A model generated the notes under the pieces. That model was given only the letters and a program-made list of their open reading frames with translations, did not search any database and was not told where the DNA came from. The position numbers and the translations under genes were made by a program. A stretch of 64,000 nt of DNA from Syntrophales bacterium (lineage in GTDB: Bacteria > Desulfobacterota > Syntrophia > Syntrophales > UBA2210), in assembly GCA_963662405.2 (NCBI GenBank), contig CAXXKT010000001.1, forward strand, positions 2,144,001 to 2,208,000, in the 5' to 3' direction. Of this stretch, positions 51,498-61,805 are shown one piece after another (within the stretch, counting starts at the first letter, position 1; every line of letters begins with the position of its first letter).

Positions 51498-51927
51498 AAA
51501 ACCCGACATAGAGCATCGCCAGATACGGTGATAAGGTGGGTTGTTGTGATGGGATTGGGAGTGGAAAAGGTTTGGGAGCAATGCGTATTGTTAACTCGAT
51601 CACTTTGACTATAAGTGGTCCGTATTACTGAGTTAAGCTTTCTTCGAACATCATAGGGAGCTCTCTTGGCGTGGCAGAAGCTCTGTTATGCATTCAGCAA
51701 AGGACAACGCCACCATGATAGCATCGTTGAATCTTTGGTTGCCCAACCATATGGTATCGTTTGAAAAACCTGCGGTGGACGTGGATACTTCAATCCAAAA
51801 TCAGATTATGGAGCTACCTGAAAGGTTTCTGAAACGAAGAAGAACCGATCGAGAAGTTGCATTTTTTTGCGTGAGCAGGCCATATCTGTTTCAACAATCA
51901 ATGGAGACAAAGGAGAAAGATTGACAA

Positions 51928-52755
51928 ATGGGCATCGAAATTTCGTTGAAAGATAAAGTGGCACTTATTACGGGTTCAAGGAGGGGGCTCGGTAGGGCCA
52001 TGGCGTTGCGTTTTGCGGAGGCGGGGGCGGATGTTGTCGTTAATGATGTTGTCGCCGAGGATGGACAATTAAGTGACACCGCTGCGGAAATCCGGAGATT
52101 GGGGCGACGTTCGACTGCCGTTAAGGCCGATGTAAGTAATAAAAAAGATGTTGAAGGCATGATAGAACAAACGCTTACTGAGTTTGGAAGGATCGATATC
52201 CTTGTAAATAATGCGGTCATTGGTTTAAAAGATACCGTTGTTAATCTCCAGGAAAGCGATTGGGACAGGGCGGTAGGCATAGGTTTGAAGGGCCCTTTTT
52301 TGTGTTCTCAAGCAGCGGGGCGAAGAATGATGGAACAAAAAAACGGTTGCATCATCAATATTGCATCAATACGGGCGTTCCGGCCAAAAGCCGGTTTTTT
52401 TCCATACGGCCTCATAAAGGGGGGGATGGTTCTGCTCACCAAGCAACTGACGCGAGAAATGAGCGATTTTAATATACGGGCCAACGCCATTGCACCCGGC
52501 TACGTCAAAACCGAATTGACCCAGTACTACTGGCAGCTTCCGGATCAGGTGGAAGCAATACGGGGTGAAATCCCATTCGGTCATCAGCCGTGTGAACCGA
52601 TTGATATTGCGAATGCAGCTCTTTTCCTGGCATCAGACTTAGCCAGGTACATTACGGGACATACGCTTGTCGTCGATGGTGGTGTACTTTCCGGACATCC
52701 TGTAGTTCCGTACAGGTTAAGAGAAGAAGTTGGGGAAAAACAGACAGGTGCCTGA
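51928..52755 (+). CDS. Short-chain dehydrogenase/reductase
   Basis: TGSRRGLG, NNA, YGLIK (YxxxK), NAIAPG, ITG..VDGG. Confidence 0.92.
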   Translation: MGIEISLKDKVALITGSRRGLGRAMALRFAEAGADVVVNDVVAEDGQLSDTAAEIRRLGRRSTAVKADVSNKKDVEGMIEQTLTEFGRIDILVNNAVIGLKDTVVNLQESDWDRAVGIGLKGPFLCSQAAGRRMMEQKNGCIINIASIRAFRPKAGFFPYGLIKGGMVLLTKQLTREMSDFNIRANAIAPGYVKTELTQYYWQLPDQVEAIRGEIPFGHQPCEPIDIANAALFLASDLARYITGHTLVVDGGVLSGHPVVPYRLREEVGEKQTGA

Positions 52756-52797
52756 GTGCTGAAATTACTTTATGCCGGAGAAGACGAGAAATTGAAG

Positions 52798-52929
52798 ATA
52801 AGCAAAAGACCACGGAAGAGTCGAATATCGGCCTTCAAGGCGAAGATACTATTGAAAATGTTAATAAATAACCGGAAAATAGTTGAGTTTTTCTATTGAT
52901 ATCAGTTGCATCCCAACCGAATCGCCGCC
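52798..52929 (+). mobile_element. Degenerate IS3-family transposase OrfA remnant
   Basis: SKRPRKSRISAFKAKILL...*YQLHPNRI resembles the OrfA N-terminus (KRPRR..S.AFKAKVAL...F/YxVHPNQI); internal stop, ATA in place of start. Confidence 0.62.
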
Positions 52930-53055
52930 GGGACGAGTTTCGATAGTGATTTTATCCTGGGGATGGCGAAGACGGAGGGTTCGGTGAAGATCCTCCTCGA
53001 CATCGACCGGATCCTGAGCCAGGACGAGGTGGCACTCTTGGACGAGGTGGCATAG
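52930..53055 (+). pseudogene. cheW: C-terminal fragment of chemotaxis protein CheW
   Basis: GTSFDSDFILGMAKTEGSVKILLDIDRILSQDE...*; codon usage returns to GC-rich. Confidence 0.72.
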
Positions 53056-53366
53056 CTCACCATACAGTCAGACAACACTGCAGAGGAGGAATTCGGTTTT
53101 GTTCCGGCCCCTGCTACCTCCTGGCCCGCATCCTCCTCCTCCCCGATGCGGGCCATCATATAACGAAGAGGATCGGGCTTTCCATACCCGTATCTTTAAC
53201 GAGATCCCCGTTACATTACAAAGACCGGATGTTTCGTTTTCTGGTATTAAATGTGCTTACAAATCAACAGGTATGCATTGCCGAAATCTGCTGTACTTTT
53301 TAGCGTAAGAATGTGCTAAGCAGTCAAGCGAGGGTGTGATTGATTGAGGACTAATACTGAAGAAAA

Positions 53367-55895
53367 ATGGACACCGTTTCAAGAATTCTAATTGTTACAG
53401 GTAATCGCACAGCCGCCCTGGAGATCCAGAGTGTATTGGAGAAGAGGAGGTATGAAGTTTCTGTTGTCGTTTCTTCGGAAAAGCATGCTATAGAAAAGAT
53501 TGAAAAATTATCTCCCGATCTGGTCCTGATGGATACCGCTCTTGCGGGAGGAAACGGCGGTATCAAAGCGGCTGGTCATACTGACACCCGCTTCGACATC
53601 CCCGTCGTCTATATCACCGACGGTATCGATGAACCCACTCTCGAAGAGCTCAAACACTCGCAACCATTCGGTTGTATATTCAAACCATTCAAAGAGGAGG
53701 AACTGCAGGTTGCGATTGAGTTAGCCCTTCTCAAACACGCGGAAGAGAAACGCCTGCGTAGCAGTGAGAGGATGCTCCGCATGGTGGCAGACCATATGCA
53801 TGATATGGTCCGTCTGACCGATATGGAAGGGAATAACCTCTATTTCAGTCCATCGCACCAAGCGGTTCTGGGGTATACCGCGGAGGAGAGAATCGGCCGA
53901 TCCAACTTCGAACTGGTACACCCCGATGACCTTGAGATGGTATTGCAGGTTTTTACCGATGCACTTGCCAATGCGAGACCCGCAAGGGTTGAATACCGTG
54001 CCCGCCGAGCGGATGGACAGTACATCTGGGTGGAGACGATCGGTGATTTTGCATACGATGACAAGGGAAATGTGGCGGGGATAGTAATGAATACCCGCGA
54101 TGTTACCCAGCGCCGGGAAATGGAGGCGGCTCTCAGGGAGAGTGAGGAGCGGTACCGAACCATCATCGCGGAAATAGAAGACGGGTATTGGGAAGTCGAT
54201 CTCGCCGGCAGGTTCACCTTTCTCAATCAGGCGACCTGTGAAATGGCCGGTTTTTCGGGTGAAGAGCTGAGGGGGATGAGCAATCTCGACTATACGACCC
54301 CCGAGACCGCGAAGAGGTTGTATGAAACGTTTAACGAGGTGTATCGGACGGGTCAACCAGCTTCTCTTGGTGATTATGAGGTAATACGGAAAGATGGTAT
54401 TGGGAAGACCCTTGAGTTGAGTGTTTCCCTGATTAAGGACAAGACAGGTGATCCGGTCGGGTTTCGGGGCATCGCTCGCGATGTCACCGAGCGCCGGGCG
54501 ATGGAGAGAGCCCTACGGGAAAGCGAGGAAAGCTACCGGACCGTCCTCGAACTGTCTCCGGACGCAATCGTCATTGCCCGGCGGAAAGGATGGCGGTACG
54601 TGCAGGTCAATGAAGCCTTCTGCCGTCACACGGGGTACGCTGCCGAGGAAGCCATCGGTCGAACCGCCGAAGAATTGAATCTGTATGCCGACCTGGCGGA
54701 GGGAAACCGCCTCGTCGATATCATGATGCAAGAAGGGCGGGTGGATGGGTTTGAAATTCAGTTCCAAGCAAAAGACGGGACCATCCTGGATGACCTCGTA
54801 TCGGTGAGAACCGTCCGCTTTCGCGGCGAGACCTGTTTCCTGATAGTGGCCACGGTTGTCACCTCGCTCAAGGAGGCCCAGAAGGCACTCAGCCGGAGTG
54901 AGGAAAAATACCGGACCATTCTCGAGAGCATAGAGGATGGATACTGGGAAGTGGATGTTGCCGGGCGGTTTACCTTCTTCAACGACGCAGTACACCGCAT
55001 GGTAGGATATTCCCGGGAGGAACTCTCCGGGATGAGCAATCGTGATTATACCGATCCAAAGACGGCAAGAAGAATCTACACGATCTTCAACGAGGTGTAT
55101 CGGACCGGAAAACCCGCGAATATCGTCGATTATGAGGTAATCAAAAAAGACAAGAGCACAGCAGCACATGAAATGTCCGTTTCGCTGATGAGAGACAAAG
55201 AGGGCAACCCGGTCGGGTTCCGCGGCGTATCGAGGGATATTACCCCCCGCAAACGGGCGGAAGAGGAGATTCGGGCTCATCGTGAACACCTTGCCCTCAT
55301 CAACCAGATCCTCAGCCATGACCTCATGAACGATCTTTTAGCCGTCCACGGTAGTCTCACACTGTATGATCAGTCCCCTGAAAAAGATCTCTTGAAAGAC
55401 GCGTCGGACCGTGTAAAAAAGAGCATGGACCTCATCAGTCGAATGCGGGAACTTGAGGATTTTATCGCTTTCCATAAAGAGCTCAAGGTCTATCAGTTGC
55501 GGGATGTGGTCAACCGGGTTGCCGGAGGGTATCCTTCCCTTACATTTGTGATCAAGGGAAAGGCCCGGGTTATGGCCGATGACACGCTTTTCCCCCTTAT
55601 GAACAATATCGTCCATAATGCCGTGGTTCACGGAAACGCCGATCGAGTCGAGATTGGTATCAGGCGTGAAGGAAATCTCTGCGAGGTGCACATCGCCGAT
55701 AATGGATTGGGGGTTGCGGATGACATCAAGAAGGCGATCTTTGATAAGGGGTTCATGCACGGGACAAGCGGGCACACGGGTCTCGGCCTCAATATCGTCA
55801 AGAAGGCGATGGAGCGGTATGGCGGATATGTTTCCCTCGGGGACAACAAACCGCACGGGGCCGTCTTCACCCTTACCTTCAGGATGGTGGGATAA
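53367..55895 (+). CDS. Cytoplasmic hybrid sensor kinase: receiver-like domain, four PAS domains, His kinase
   Basis: PDLVLMD..KP; VHPDD and repeated PAS-PAC units ending RDVT/RDIT; SHDLMNDL, HNAVVHG, DNGLG, GLGL. Confidence 0.9.
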   Translation: MDTVSRILIVTGNRTAALEIQSVLEKRRYEVSVVVSSEKHAIEKIEKLSPDLVLMDTALAGGNGGIKAAGHTDTRFDIPVVYITDGIDEPTLEELKHSQPFGCIFKPFKEEELQVAIELALLKHAEEKRLRSSERMLRMVADHMHDMVRLTDMEGNNLYFSPSHQAVLGYTAEERIGRSNFELVHPDDLEMVLQVFTDALANARPARVEYRARRADGQYIWVETIGDFAYDDKGNVAGIVMNTRDVTQRREMEAALRESEERYRTIIAEIEDGYWEVDLAGRFTFLNQATCEMAGFSGEELRGMSNLDYTTPETAKRLYETFNEVYRTGQPASLGDYEVIRKDGIGKTLELSVSLIKDKTGDPVGFRGIARDVTERRAMERALRESEESYRTVLELSPDAIVIARRKGWRYVQVNEAFCRHTGYAAEEAIGRTAEELNLYADLAEGNRLVDIMMQEGRVDGFEIQFQAKDGTILDDLVSVRTVRFRGETCFLIVATVVTSLKEAQKALSRSEEKYRTILESIEDGYWEVDVAGRFTFFNDAVHRMVGYSREELSGMSNRDYTDPKTARRIYTIFNEVYRTGKPANIVDYEVIKKDKSTAAHEMSVSLMRDKEGNPVGFRGVSRDITPRKRAEEEIRAHREHLALINQILSHDLMNDLLAVHGSLTLYDQSPEKDLLKDASDRVKKSMDLISRMRELEDFIAFHKELKVYQLRDVVNRVAGGYPSLTFVIKGKARVMADDTLFPLMNNIVHNAVVHGNADRVEIGIRREGNLCEVHIADNGLGVADDIKKAIFDKGFMHGTSGHTGLGLNIVKKAMERYGGYVSLGDNKPHGAVFTLTFRMVG

Positions 55896-56035
55896 TAATG
55901 GGAACCGCACGGTACGGGTTTCCTCTCCGCAGGGAAGCATTTCCCGGGCGTGACCTTATTCCTTGACAAAAAATATCCTTTTTCTATATCTTGACGTGGA
56001 CGAGTTGGAATGGTTGATGGAAGAAGGGAGTGGGT

Positions 56036-57118
56036 ATGGCAAAGATAGACGCATTTTTTAAACTGATGAGCGAGCAGGGGGCATCTGACCTCCATCTTAT
56101 CTCCGGACAGCAGCCCGCCCTCAGGATCAGGGGCGAAATAGAACGGGTTAAATATTCCCCGCTGGAGAGCGACGCGCTCAAGGCGATGCTCTACGAGATA
56201 ACGCCGGAGCACAAGATCAAGCAGTTCGAAGAGACCGGTGATGTCGATTTCGCCTACGAGATCCCCACCCTCGCGCGATACCGTGCCAACTTCTTTCAGC
56301 AGAATGCGGGCGTTGCCGCCGTCTTTCGGGAGATCCCCAGCAGGATACTGACAACCACGCAGCTGGGCCTTCCCCCCGTGACCGCCAAACTTGCGTCACT
56401 TCCGCGCGGGCTTGTTCTTGTGACCGGTCCGACCGGCAGCGGCAAATCCACGACCCTGGCCGCCATTATCGATGAGGCGAACCGGATACGGAAGGACCAC
56501 ATCATCACCATCGAAGACCCCATAGAATTCGTTCACGAGAGCAAGGGGTGCATCGTCAACCAACGGGAGGTGGGGATGCACACCAAGTCATTCGCCGCCG
56601 CCCTCCGCGGTGCCCTCAGGGAAGACCCCGATATCATACTGGTGGGGGAACTGAGAGACCTGGAGACCATCTCCCTCGCCATCGAGGCGGCATCGACGGG
56701 GCATCTTGTTTTCGGGACCGTTCACACATCGAGCGCGCCGAAGACGATAGACCGTCTGATCGAGGTATTCCCCGCCAGCGAACAGATGCAGATACGGTCA
56801 ACCCTGGCCGACGGCATACGCGCGGTCCTCTCGCAGGTCCTCTTCAAGCGGGTCGATAAACCGGCCCGTTGCCCGGCCCTTGAAATCATGATCGCCACCC
56901 CGGCCGTGCGGAATCTGATCCGGGAATCCAAGACCTACCAGATCCCCTCCATGATTCAGACGGGCAGGAAATACGGGATGCAACTCCTCGACGATTCCAT
57001 CATGGAACTTCTCCAGAAGGGATGGATCGGGACCGAGGATGCCTATATCAAGGCAAACGACAAAACAAAATTCAGGGCCTTGCTCAAGACCTCTCCCGCC
57101 GACTTTACCGAGGTATAA
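56036..57118 (+). CDS. pilT: Type IV pilus retraction ATPase
   Basis: ASDLHL, GPTGSGKSTT, EDPIE, LREDPD, TGHLV, AVRNLIRE, GMQ. Confidence 0.95.
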   Translation: MAKIDAFFKLMSEQGASDLHLISGQQPALRIRGEIERVKYSPLESDALKAMLYEITPEHKIKQFEETGDVDFAYEIPTLARYRANFFQQNAGVAAVFREIPSRILTTTQLGLPPVTAKLASLPRGLVLVTGPTGSGKSTTLAAIIDEANRIRKDHIITIEDPIEFVHESKGCIVNQREVGMHTKSFAAALRGALREDPDIILVGELRDLETISLAIEAASTGHLVFGTVHTSSAPKTIDRLIEVFPASEQMQIRSTLADGIRAVLSQVLFKRVDKPARCPALEIMIATPAVRNLIRESKTYQIPSMIQTGRKYGMQLLDDSIMELLQKGWIGTEDAYIKANDKTKFRALLKTSPADFTEV

Positions 57119-57181
57119 CAGGAAGAGGACCGGTGCCGTGAAAAGGATGAAAAACGTACCAACCGCACAAAGAGGGACGCC

Positions 57182-58363
57182 ATGAGAAAGCAGGAAATCG
57201 ATTATCTCCTCGCGCACATGCTCGACTCTCACGACGATATCTCCGATCTGAACATCACCGTGGGAAAACCGTTCCAGGTGGAGAGTTCCGGTGAGTTGAA
57301 GACCGTTTCCACTGGTTTCACCAAACAGGAGATCACCCCTTTTCAAGCCGAGATCTTTGCGCTGAATCTGATCAATCGTGATCGTGCCCTGGCCAGGGCG
57401 CTGATCGAAAACGGATATTGCGACACGTCTTACGAACTCCAGGGACGGGCGCGATTCAGGGTGAACGTCTTTTCACGGGGCGAAACCTATTCCACCGTTC
57501 TCCGGAAACTGGAAGACAGGATTCCCACCTGCGAAGAACTGGGATTGCCCGTGATCCTCTCCGACATTGCCCAGGAAAAAGAGGGATTCGTCCTCTTTAC
57601 CGGTGCCACGGGAACGGGGAAGACCACCTCCCTGGCCGCCATCCTGGGTGAGATCAACGAGGAGAAGCCCGTTCACGTGATCACCCTCGAAGACCCCGTA
57701 GAATATCGTCATACCCACAAGACCGCGACCTTCAACCAGCGCGAACTCGGTATCGACTTTACCACCTTTGCGGACGGCCTCCGCGCCGCGCTCAGGCAGG
57801 CCCCCAAGGTGATCCTGGTGGGAGAGATGCGGGACCGTGACACCATGGAAATCGGCATCAGCGCCGCCGAGACCGGCCACCTTGTCTTCAGTTCCCTCCA
57901 TACAATGAATGCGGGACAGACGATCAATCGTATCGTGGGTATGTTCCCCCGGGACGAGCAGATGCAGATCAGGGCGCGTCTGGCCGATACGGTGCGGTGG
58001 ATTATCTGTCAGCGGCTCCTCCCCCGGATCGGGGGAGGGCGAATCGCCGCGTTCGAGATCCTGAAAACCAATCTGCGGGTCAGGGATACCATCCTCCATG
58101 GGGAGAGCGAGGGGAAGACCTTCCAGGATATTATCGAGGCGGGACACGCCTTCGGGATGGTGACCTTCGACGAATATATCATCGGTCTGTACCGGGACGG
58201 GGTCATCACGGAGGAGACGGCCCTTTCGTATGCCACGACGCGCGGGGTCGTGGGACGCGGCATTGATTCCATCAAGAATGAAAAGGGCGAGGCAACGACG
58301 GAAATAGAAACCCTTGAGGTGGATTGGGGAAGGAGTAAGCATGGACCGGACAAAATCCGCTGA
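57182..58363 (+). CDS. PilT/PilU family ATPase
   Basis: SDL, GATGTGKTT, EDPVE, LRQAP, GEMRD, AETGHLV. Confidence 0.9.
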   Translation: MRKQEIDYLLAHMLDSHDDISDLNITVGKPFQVESSGELKTVSTGFTKQEITPFQAEIFALNLINRDRALARALIENGYCDTSYELQGRARFRVNVFSRGETYSTVLRKLEDRIPTCEELGLPVILSDIAQEKEGFVLFTGATGTGKTTSLAAILGEINEEKPVHVITLEDPVEYRHTHKTATFNQRELGIDFTTFADGLRAALRQAPKVILVGEMRDRDTMEIGISAAETGHLVFSSLHTMNAGQTINRIVGMFPRDEQMQIRARLADTVRWIICQRLLPRIGGGRIAAFEILKTNLRVRDTILHGESEGKTFQDIIEAGHAFGMVTFDEYIIGLYRDGVITEETALSYATTRGVVGRGIDSIKNEKGEATTEIETLEVDWGRSKHGPDKIR

Positions 58364-58829
58364 CACCATAGCGTACAACGCCGGCGATAAACCCTTCGAT
58401 TTTGTCGAAGAAGGAAGGAAAACGGCCCTCGTCTGCGAGTCCAATGATGTCGTGAGGGACAAACTGATCGCCGCCCTTGAGGGGATCGGATATTACGTAA
58501 CGAAGGGGACCGCCACTCCCAGCGCCCTGCGGCGTATACGGGTCCACGTCTATGACGTGATCATAGTGGGAGACAATTACGATGAGGGAGGGATCCTGGA
58601 ATATCTCCGGAACCTCGCCATGGGGGTCCGGAGAAACATCTTCGTGATCTTTCTGAGCGACACCATCCGGACGATGGACAACATGGCCGCCTTCGGGATG
58701 AGCGTCAATCTCGTCATCAATCGCGAGAATATCGACGACGCCGATGTAATCATCCAGAACGGTATCGCCGACAACGCCGCCTTTTACCGGCCCTTCAAAG
58801 AGGCCATGAAAGAGACGGGGCGGCGGTAG
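58341..58829 (+). CDS. Hypothetical protein with receiver-like fold, downstream of the PilT pair
   Basis: RBS aggag, overlaps upstream stop; FDFVEEG.KTALVC, YDVII, RRNIF, RTMDNMAAF. Confidence 0.7.
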   Translation: MDRTKSADTIAYNAGDKPFDFVEEGRKTALVCESNDVVRDKLIAALEGIGYYVTKGTATPSALRRIRVHVYDVIIVGDNYDEGGILEYLRNLAMGVRRNIFVIFLSDTIRTMDNMAAFGMSVNLVINRENIDDADVIIQNGIADNAAFYRPFKEAMKETGRR

Positions 58830-58835
58830 GGCCAA

Positions 58836-59453
58836 TCACTTTTTCGACGACGCCAGGTACCCCCGTGCCAGGGCGGTGTTGACGTGGATGACGCCGCGAT
58901 TCATGTCCTTCATCGGGTAGTCGTCCGTGACGGCGGGAAGTCTGTCCGCGTCCTCCTGGGTCTTGATCACCGAACCGGCGGGGACATACCGGCGGTCCGA
59001 GACGGTCACCCCCATGAGAATGCAGCCGGGTTCGATCACGCACCCCGTCCCCACCCGTGATTTGAATATCAGCGTTTTCATCCCCACAAAGGTATCGCCC
59101 ATGACCACGGCCGGGCCGTGGATCTGGGCCTGGTGGGCGAGGGAGACCCTCTTCCCCACGTAGACGGCATATGGTTTTCCGTCCACTTCGTACCGGTTGG
59201 TCGCGACCGGTCTTCCGTTCTCCTCCGTTTCCAAGGCGTGGATAATGACGCCGTCCTGGACGTTGGAGTCGTCTCCTATGAAGAGGGGTTGTCCCTCGTC
59301 GCCGCGGATGGAGGCCATGGGGGATACCATGATGTTCTTCCCGAGGATGACCCTTCCGATGACGGATGCCTGGGGGTGGACATAGGTGGAAGGGTCGATC
59401 CGCGGTCGCGACACCTCGTTGCAAAAGTCGGTCAGGACATTCTCTCCTATCAT
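58836..59453 (-). CDS. Gamma-class carbonic anhydrase (Cam-like)
   Basis: Hexapeptide repeats; IRGD, NVQD, IIH, LAH..IHGP Zn ligands. Confidence 0.88.
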   Translation of the reverse strand: MIGENVLTDFCNEVSRPRIDPSTYVHPQASVIGRVILGKNIMVSPMASIRGDEGQPLFIGDDSNVQDGVIIHALETEENGRPVATNRYEVDGKPYAVYVGKRVSLAHQAQIHGPAVVMGDTFVGMKTLIFKSRVGTGCVIEPGCILMGVTVSDRRYVPAGSVIKTQEDADRLPAVTDDYPMKDMNRGVIHVNTALARGYLASSKK

Positions 59454-59457
59454 CGGT

Positions 59458-60069
59458 TTATATTCCCTTCTCTCTTGTGACAAGCTCTTGCCAGACTTCT
59501 TCGACGATTGCCTCCGTCTCCGCCAGGGTCCCTTCGTTTCTGATGACGAAATCGGCGTAGGGGATCTTGTCGGCCAGGGGCATCTGGGACCGGAGGCGAT
59601 CCTCGGCCTCCTCGGTGGTATAGCCGTTTCTCTCCATGATCCGTTCTATCTGCACTGCGGGGGATACGTAAACGAGGATCACGATGTCCATCCGTTCGTG
59701 CCAGCCGGTCTCTATCAGGAGGGGGATGTCCGATATGACGATGGCCTGAGCGTCTTTTCGGACGATTTCTTCAAAACGGCGGCACCACTCATCGAAAACG
59801 GCGGGGTGGACGATGCGGTTCAGCTCTTCCCGCTTCGCGCTGTCACGGAAGACGATGGCCCCCAGCGCCTCCCGGTCGATCGTTCCCTCCGGGGTCAGGA
59901 TGTCCTGCCCGAAGCGCTCGACGATCCCCTGCCAGGCGGCCCTGCCCGGTTCTTCCACTTCGTGGGCGATCCGATCGAGGTCGAGGATAGAGGCCCCCCT
60001 TTCCCTGAAAAGGTTGGAGACGGTCGATTTGCCGCTCCCGATTCCGCCTGTCAGTCCGATGTGTATCAT
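59458..60069 (-). CDS. coaE: Dephospho-CoA kinase
   Basis: GLTGGIGSGKST, IDR..LG, IVHP, IPLLIE. Confidence 0.95.
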   Translation of the reverse strand: MIHIGLTGGIGSGKSTVSNLFRERGASILDLDRIAHEVEEPGRAAWQGIVERFGQDILTPEGTIDREALGAIVFRDSAKREELNRIVHPAVFDEWCRRFEEIVRKDAQAIVISDIPLLIETGWHERMDIVILVYVSPAVQIERIMERNGYTTEEAEDRLRSQMPLADKIPYADFVIRNEGTLAETEAIVEEVWQELVTREKGI

Positions 60070-60169
60070 GGGATGCTTCTAGCACAGGGTCGCCCTTCCA
60101 TCAAACAGAAATTGGAGGCTTGACAAGATCAAAAGGAATCATTACTTATACAGGAAATCGGAGGAAGAT

Positions 60170-60508
60170 ATGACGGTAAAGAATTTGTTGAGACACGCCG
60201 AACGATTCGAGGTGGATACGTATAAGCCCCGCGACTTCAGGGAAAACCATGTCTCGTTCATGGGGGCCCCGGAGAAGCATCCCTACGCGGCCGATAAGAT
60301 TATCCTGATCCAGGATCCCTTCAGCACGAACATCTCGTACTATGAGTTCGCCGCCGCCGATGTCGTCGGCGTGGAAGAACTGCCCAGTCTCGTCTCCGCT
60401 GAGGGGACGTCCGTCAAGATGTGCCGTGTCTGGGTGAGAAAGGGAAGCATCGGGGTTCGTGCCACGCCCTTTGTTGTCGAGGACACTGCCCCGCTAGAGC
60501 GGGGATAG
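60170..60508 (+). CDS. Small hypothetical protein
   Basis: RBS ggagga, host-like codon usage; F.G.P.KHPY, DPFS..YYEF, WVRKGS. Confidence 0.7.
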   Translation: MTVKNLLRHAERFEVDTYKPRDFRENHVSFMGAPEKHPYAADKIILIQDPFSTNISYYEFAAADVVGVEELPSLVSAEGTSVKMCRVWVRKGSIGVRATPFVVEDTAPLERG

Positions 60509-60536
60509 GTCGCTTCTTCCGACTCAGTCTTTCCCG

Positions 60537-61595
60537 TTAGGCGCCGTACTGCTCCGATATCCAGGACTGGTACTCGTTGCTCTGGACGCGCCGCACCCAC
60601 TCGGGGTTTTCCAGGTACCAGGAGACCGTCTTCCTGATTCCCGATTCGAATGATTCCGATGGGCTCCACCCCAGTTCCCCGTGCAGTTTCGAGAAGTCGA
60701 TGGCGTAGCGGCGATCATGGCCGGGGCGGTCCTTGACGAAGGTGATCAGTTCCCGCCGGGGGGCGCCCGTATCGAGGAGGCCCTTTTCGTCGAGGATGTC
60801 GCAGATCATCTCCACGATCGTGATGTTCTCCATCTCCATATTGCCGCCGATGTTGTACGTCTCGCCCCTCCTCCCCGACCGCATGATGGTCCAGATGGCG
60901 TCGCAGTGATCTTCCACGTAGAGCCAGTCCCTGACATTCTTGCCGTCGCCGTAGACGGGGAGCTTCTTCCCCTCTGTGGCATTCAGGACGATCAACGGGA
61001 TCAGCTTTTCAGGGAACTGATAGGGGCCGTAGTTGTTGGAGCAGTTGGAGACGGTTACGGGAAGGCCGTAGGTCGTGCCGTAGGCCCGCACCAGGTGATC
61101 GGACGAGGCCTTCGCCGCGGAGTAGGGGCTGTTGGGACGATAGGGCATGGTCTCCGTGAAGAGGCCCTCGGGACCGAGGCTCCCGTACACCTCGTCGGTG
61201 CTGATATGGTGGAAGAGGGTGAAGGCTCCCTCGCGCGCACGGGCCGCCTCCAGGAGGTTGAAGGTGCCCACGATGTTCGTGTAGATGAAGGTGCCGGGGT
61301 CCTTGATCGAACGGTCCACGTGCGATTCGGCGGCAAAGTGGCAGACCGCGTCGATCCCGTGGCGGGAGAATATCTCGTTGATTCCTTCGCGGTCGCAGAT
61401 ATCGGCCCGCTCGAAGAGGTATCGTCCCGGATATTCGGCCTCTATTCCCGCGAGGTTGTCCGGATTCCCGGCATAGGTCAGTGTGTCCACGTTGATGATC
61501 TTTCCCGTGAAATCGTCTCTCCCCAGGAGATACCGTATGAAGTTGCTTCCGATAAATCCGCACCCGCCCGTGACCATGAGATTTTGAATGTTCAT
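60537..61595 (-). CDS. rfbB: dTDP-glucose 4,6-dehydratase
   Basis: [49 protein letters not shown]. Confidence 0.96.
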   Translation of the reverse strand: MNIQNLMVTGGCGFIGSNFIRYLLGRDDFTGKIINVDTLTYAGNPDNLAGIEAEYPGRYLFERADICDREGINEIFSRHGIDAVCHFAAESHVDRSIKDPGTFIYTNIVGTFNLLEAARAREGAFTLFHHISTDEVYGSLGPEGLFTETMPYRPNSPYSAAKASSDHLVRAYGTTYGLPVTVSNCSNNYGPYQFPEKLIPLIVLNATEGKKLPVYGDGKNVRDWLYVEDHCDAIWTIMRSGRRGETYNIGGNMEMENITIVEMICDILDEKGLLDTGAPRRELITFVKDRPGHDRRYAIDFSKLHGELGWSPSESFESGIRKTVSWYLENPEWVRRVQSNEYQSWISEQYGA

Positions 61596-61805
61596 TCGTT
61601 TTGACCCGGCCCCTCTTGTTTTTTCGGTATGACTATCGCAAGTCCCGTCGGCTGTCAATCAAAATGCCCGAGCGCCCTGAGGCGGTTGTAAGAAATTTGG
61701 TATCCTTTATGGATTTACTTCTGATGCATCCTGGTGTAGTATTGCAAACATGCTTGTCTGGAACAAAATCATCTGAAAACATACAGAATATCCGAGGTGT
61801 CGCTT

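Larger units (their letters stand above)
39482..52929. mobile_element. AT-richer genomic island (left boundary approximate)
   Basis: Visible shift to A/T-ending codons versus flanks; right edge has an IS3 remnant abutting truncated cheW. Confidence 0.65.
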
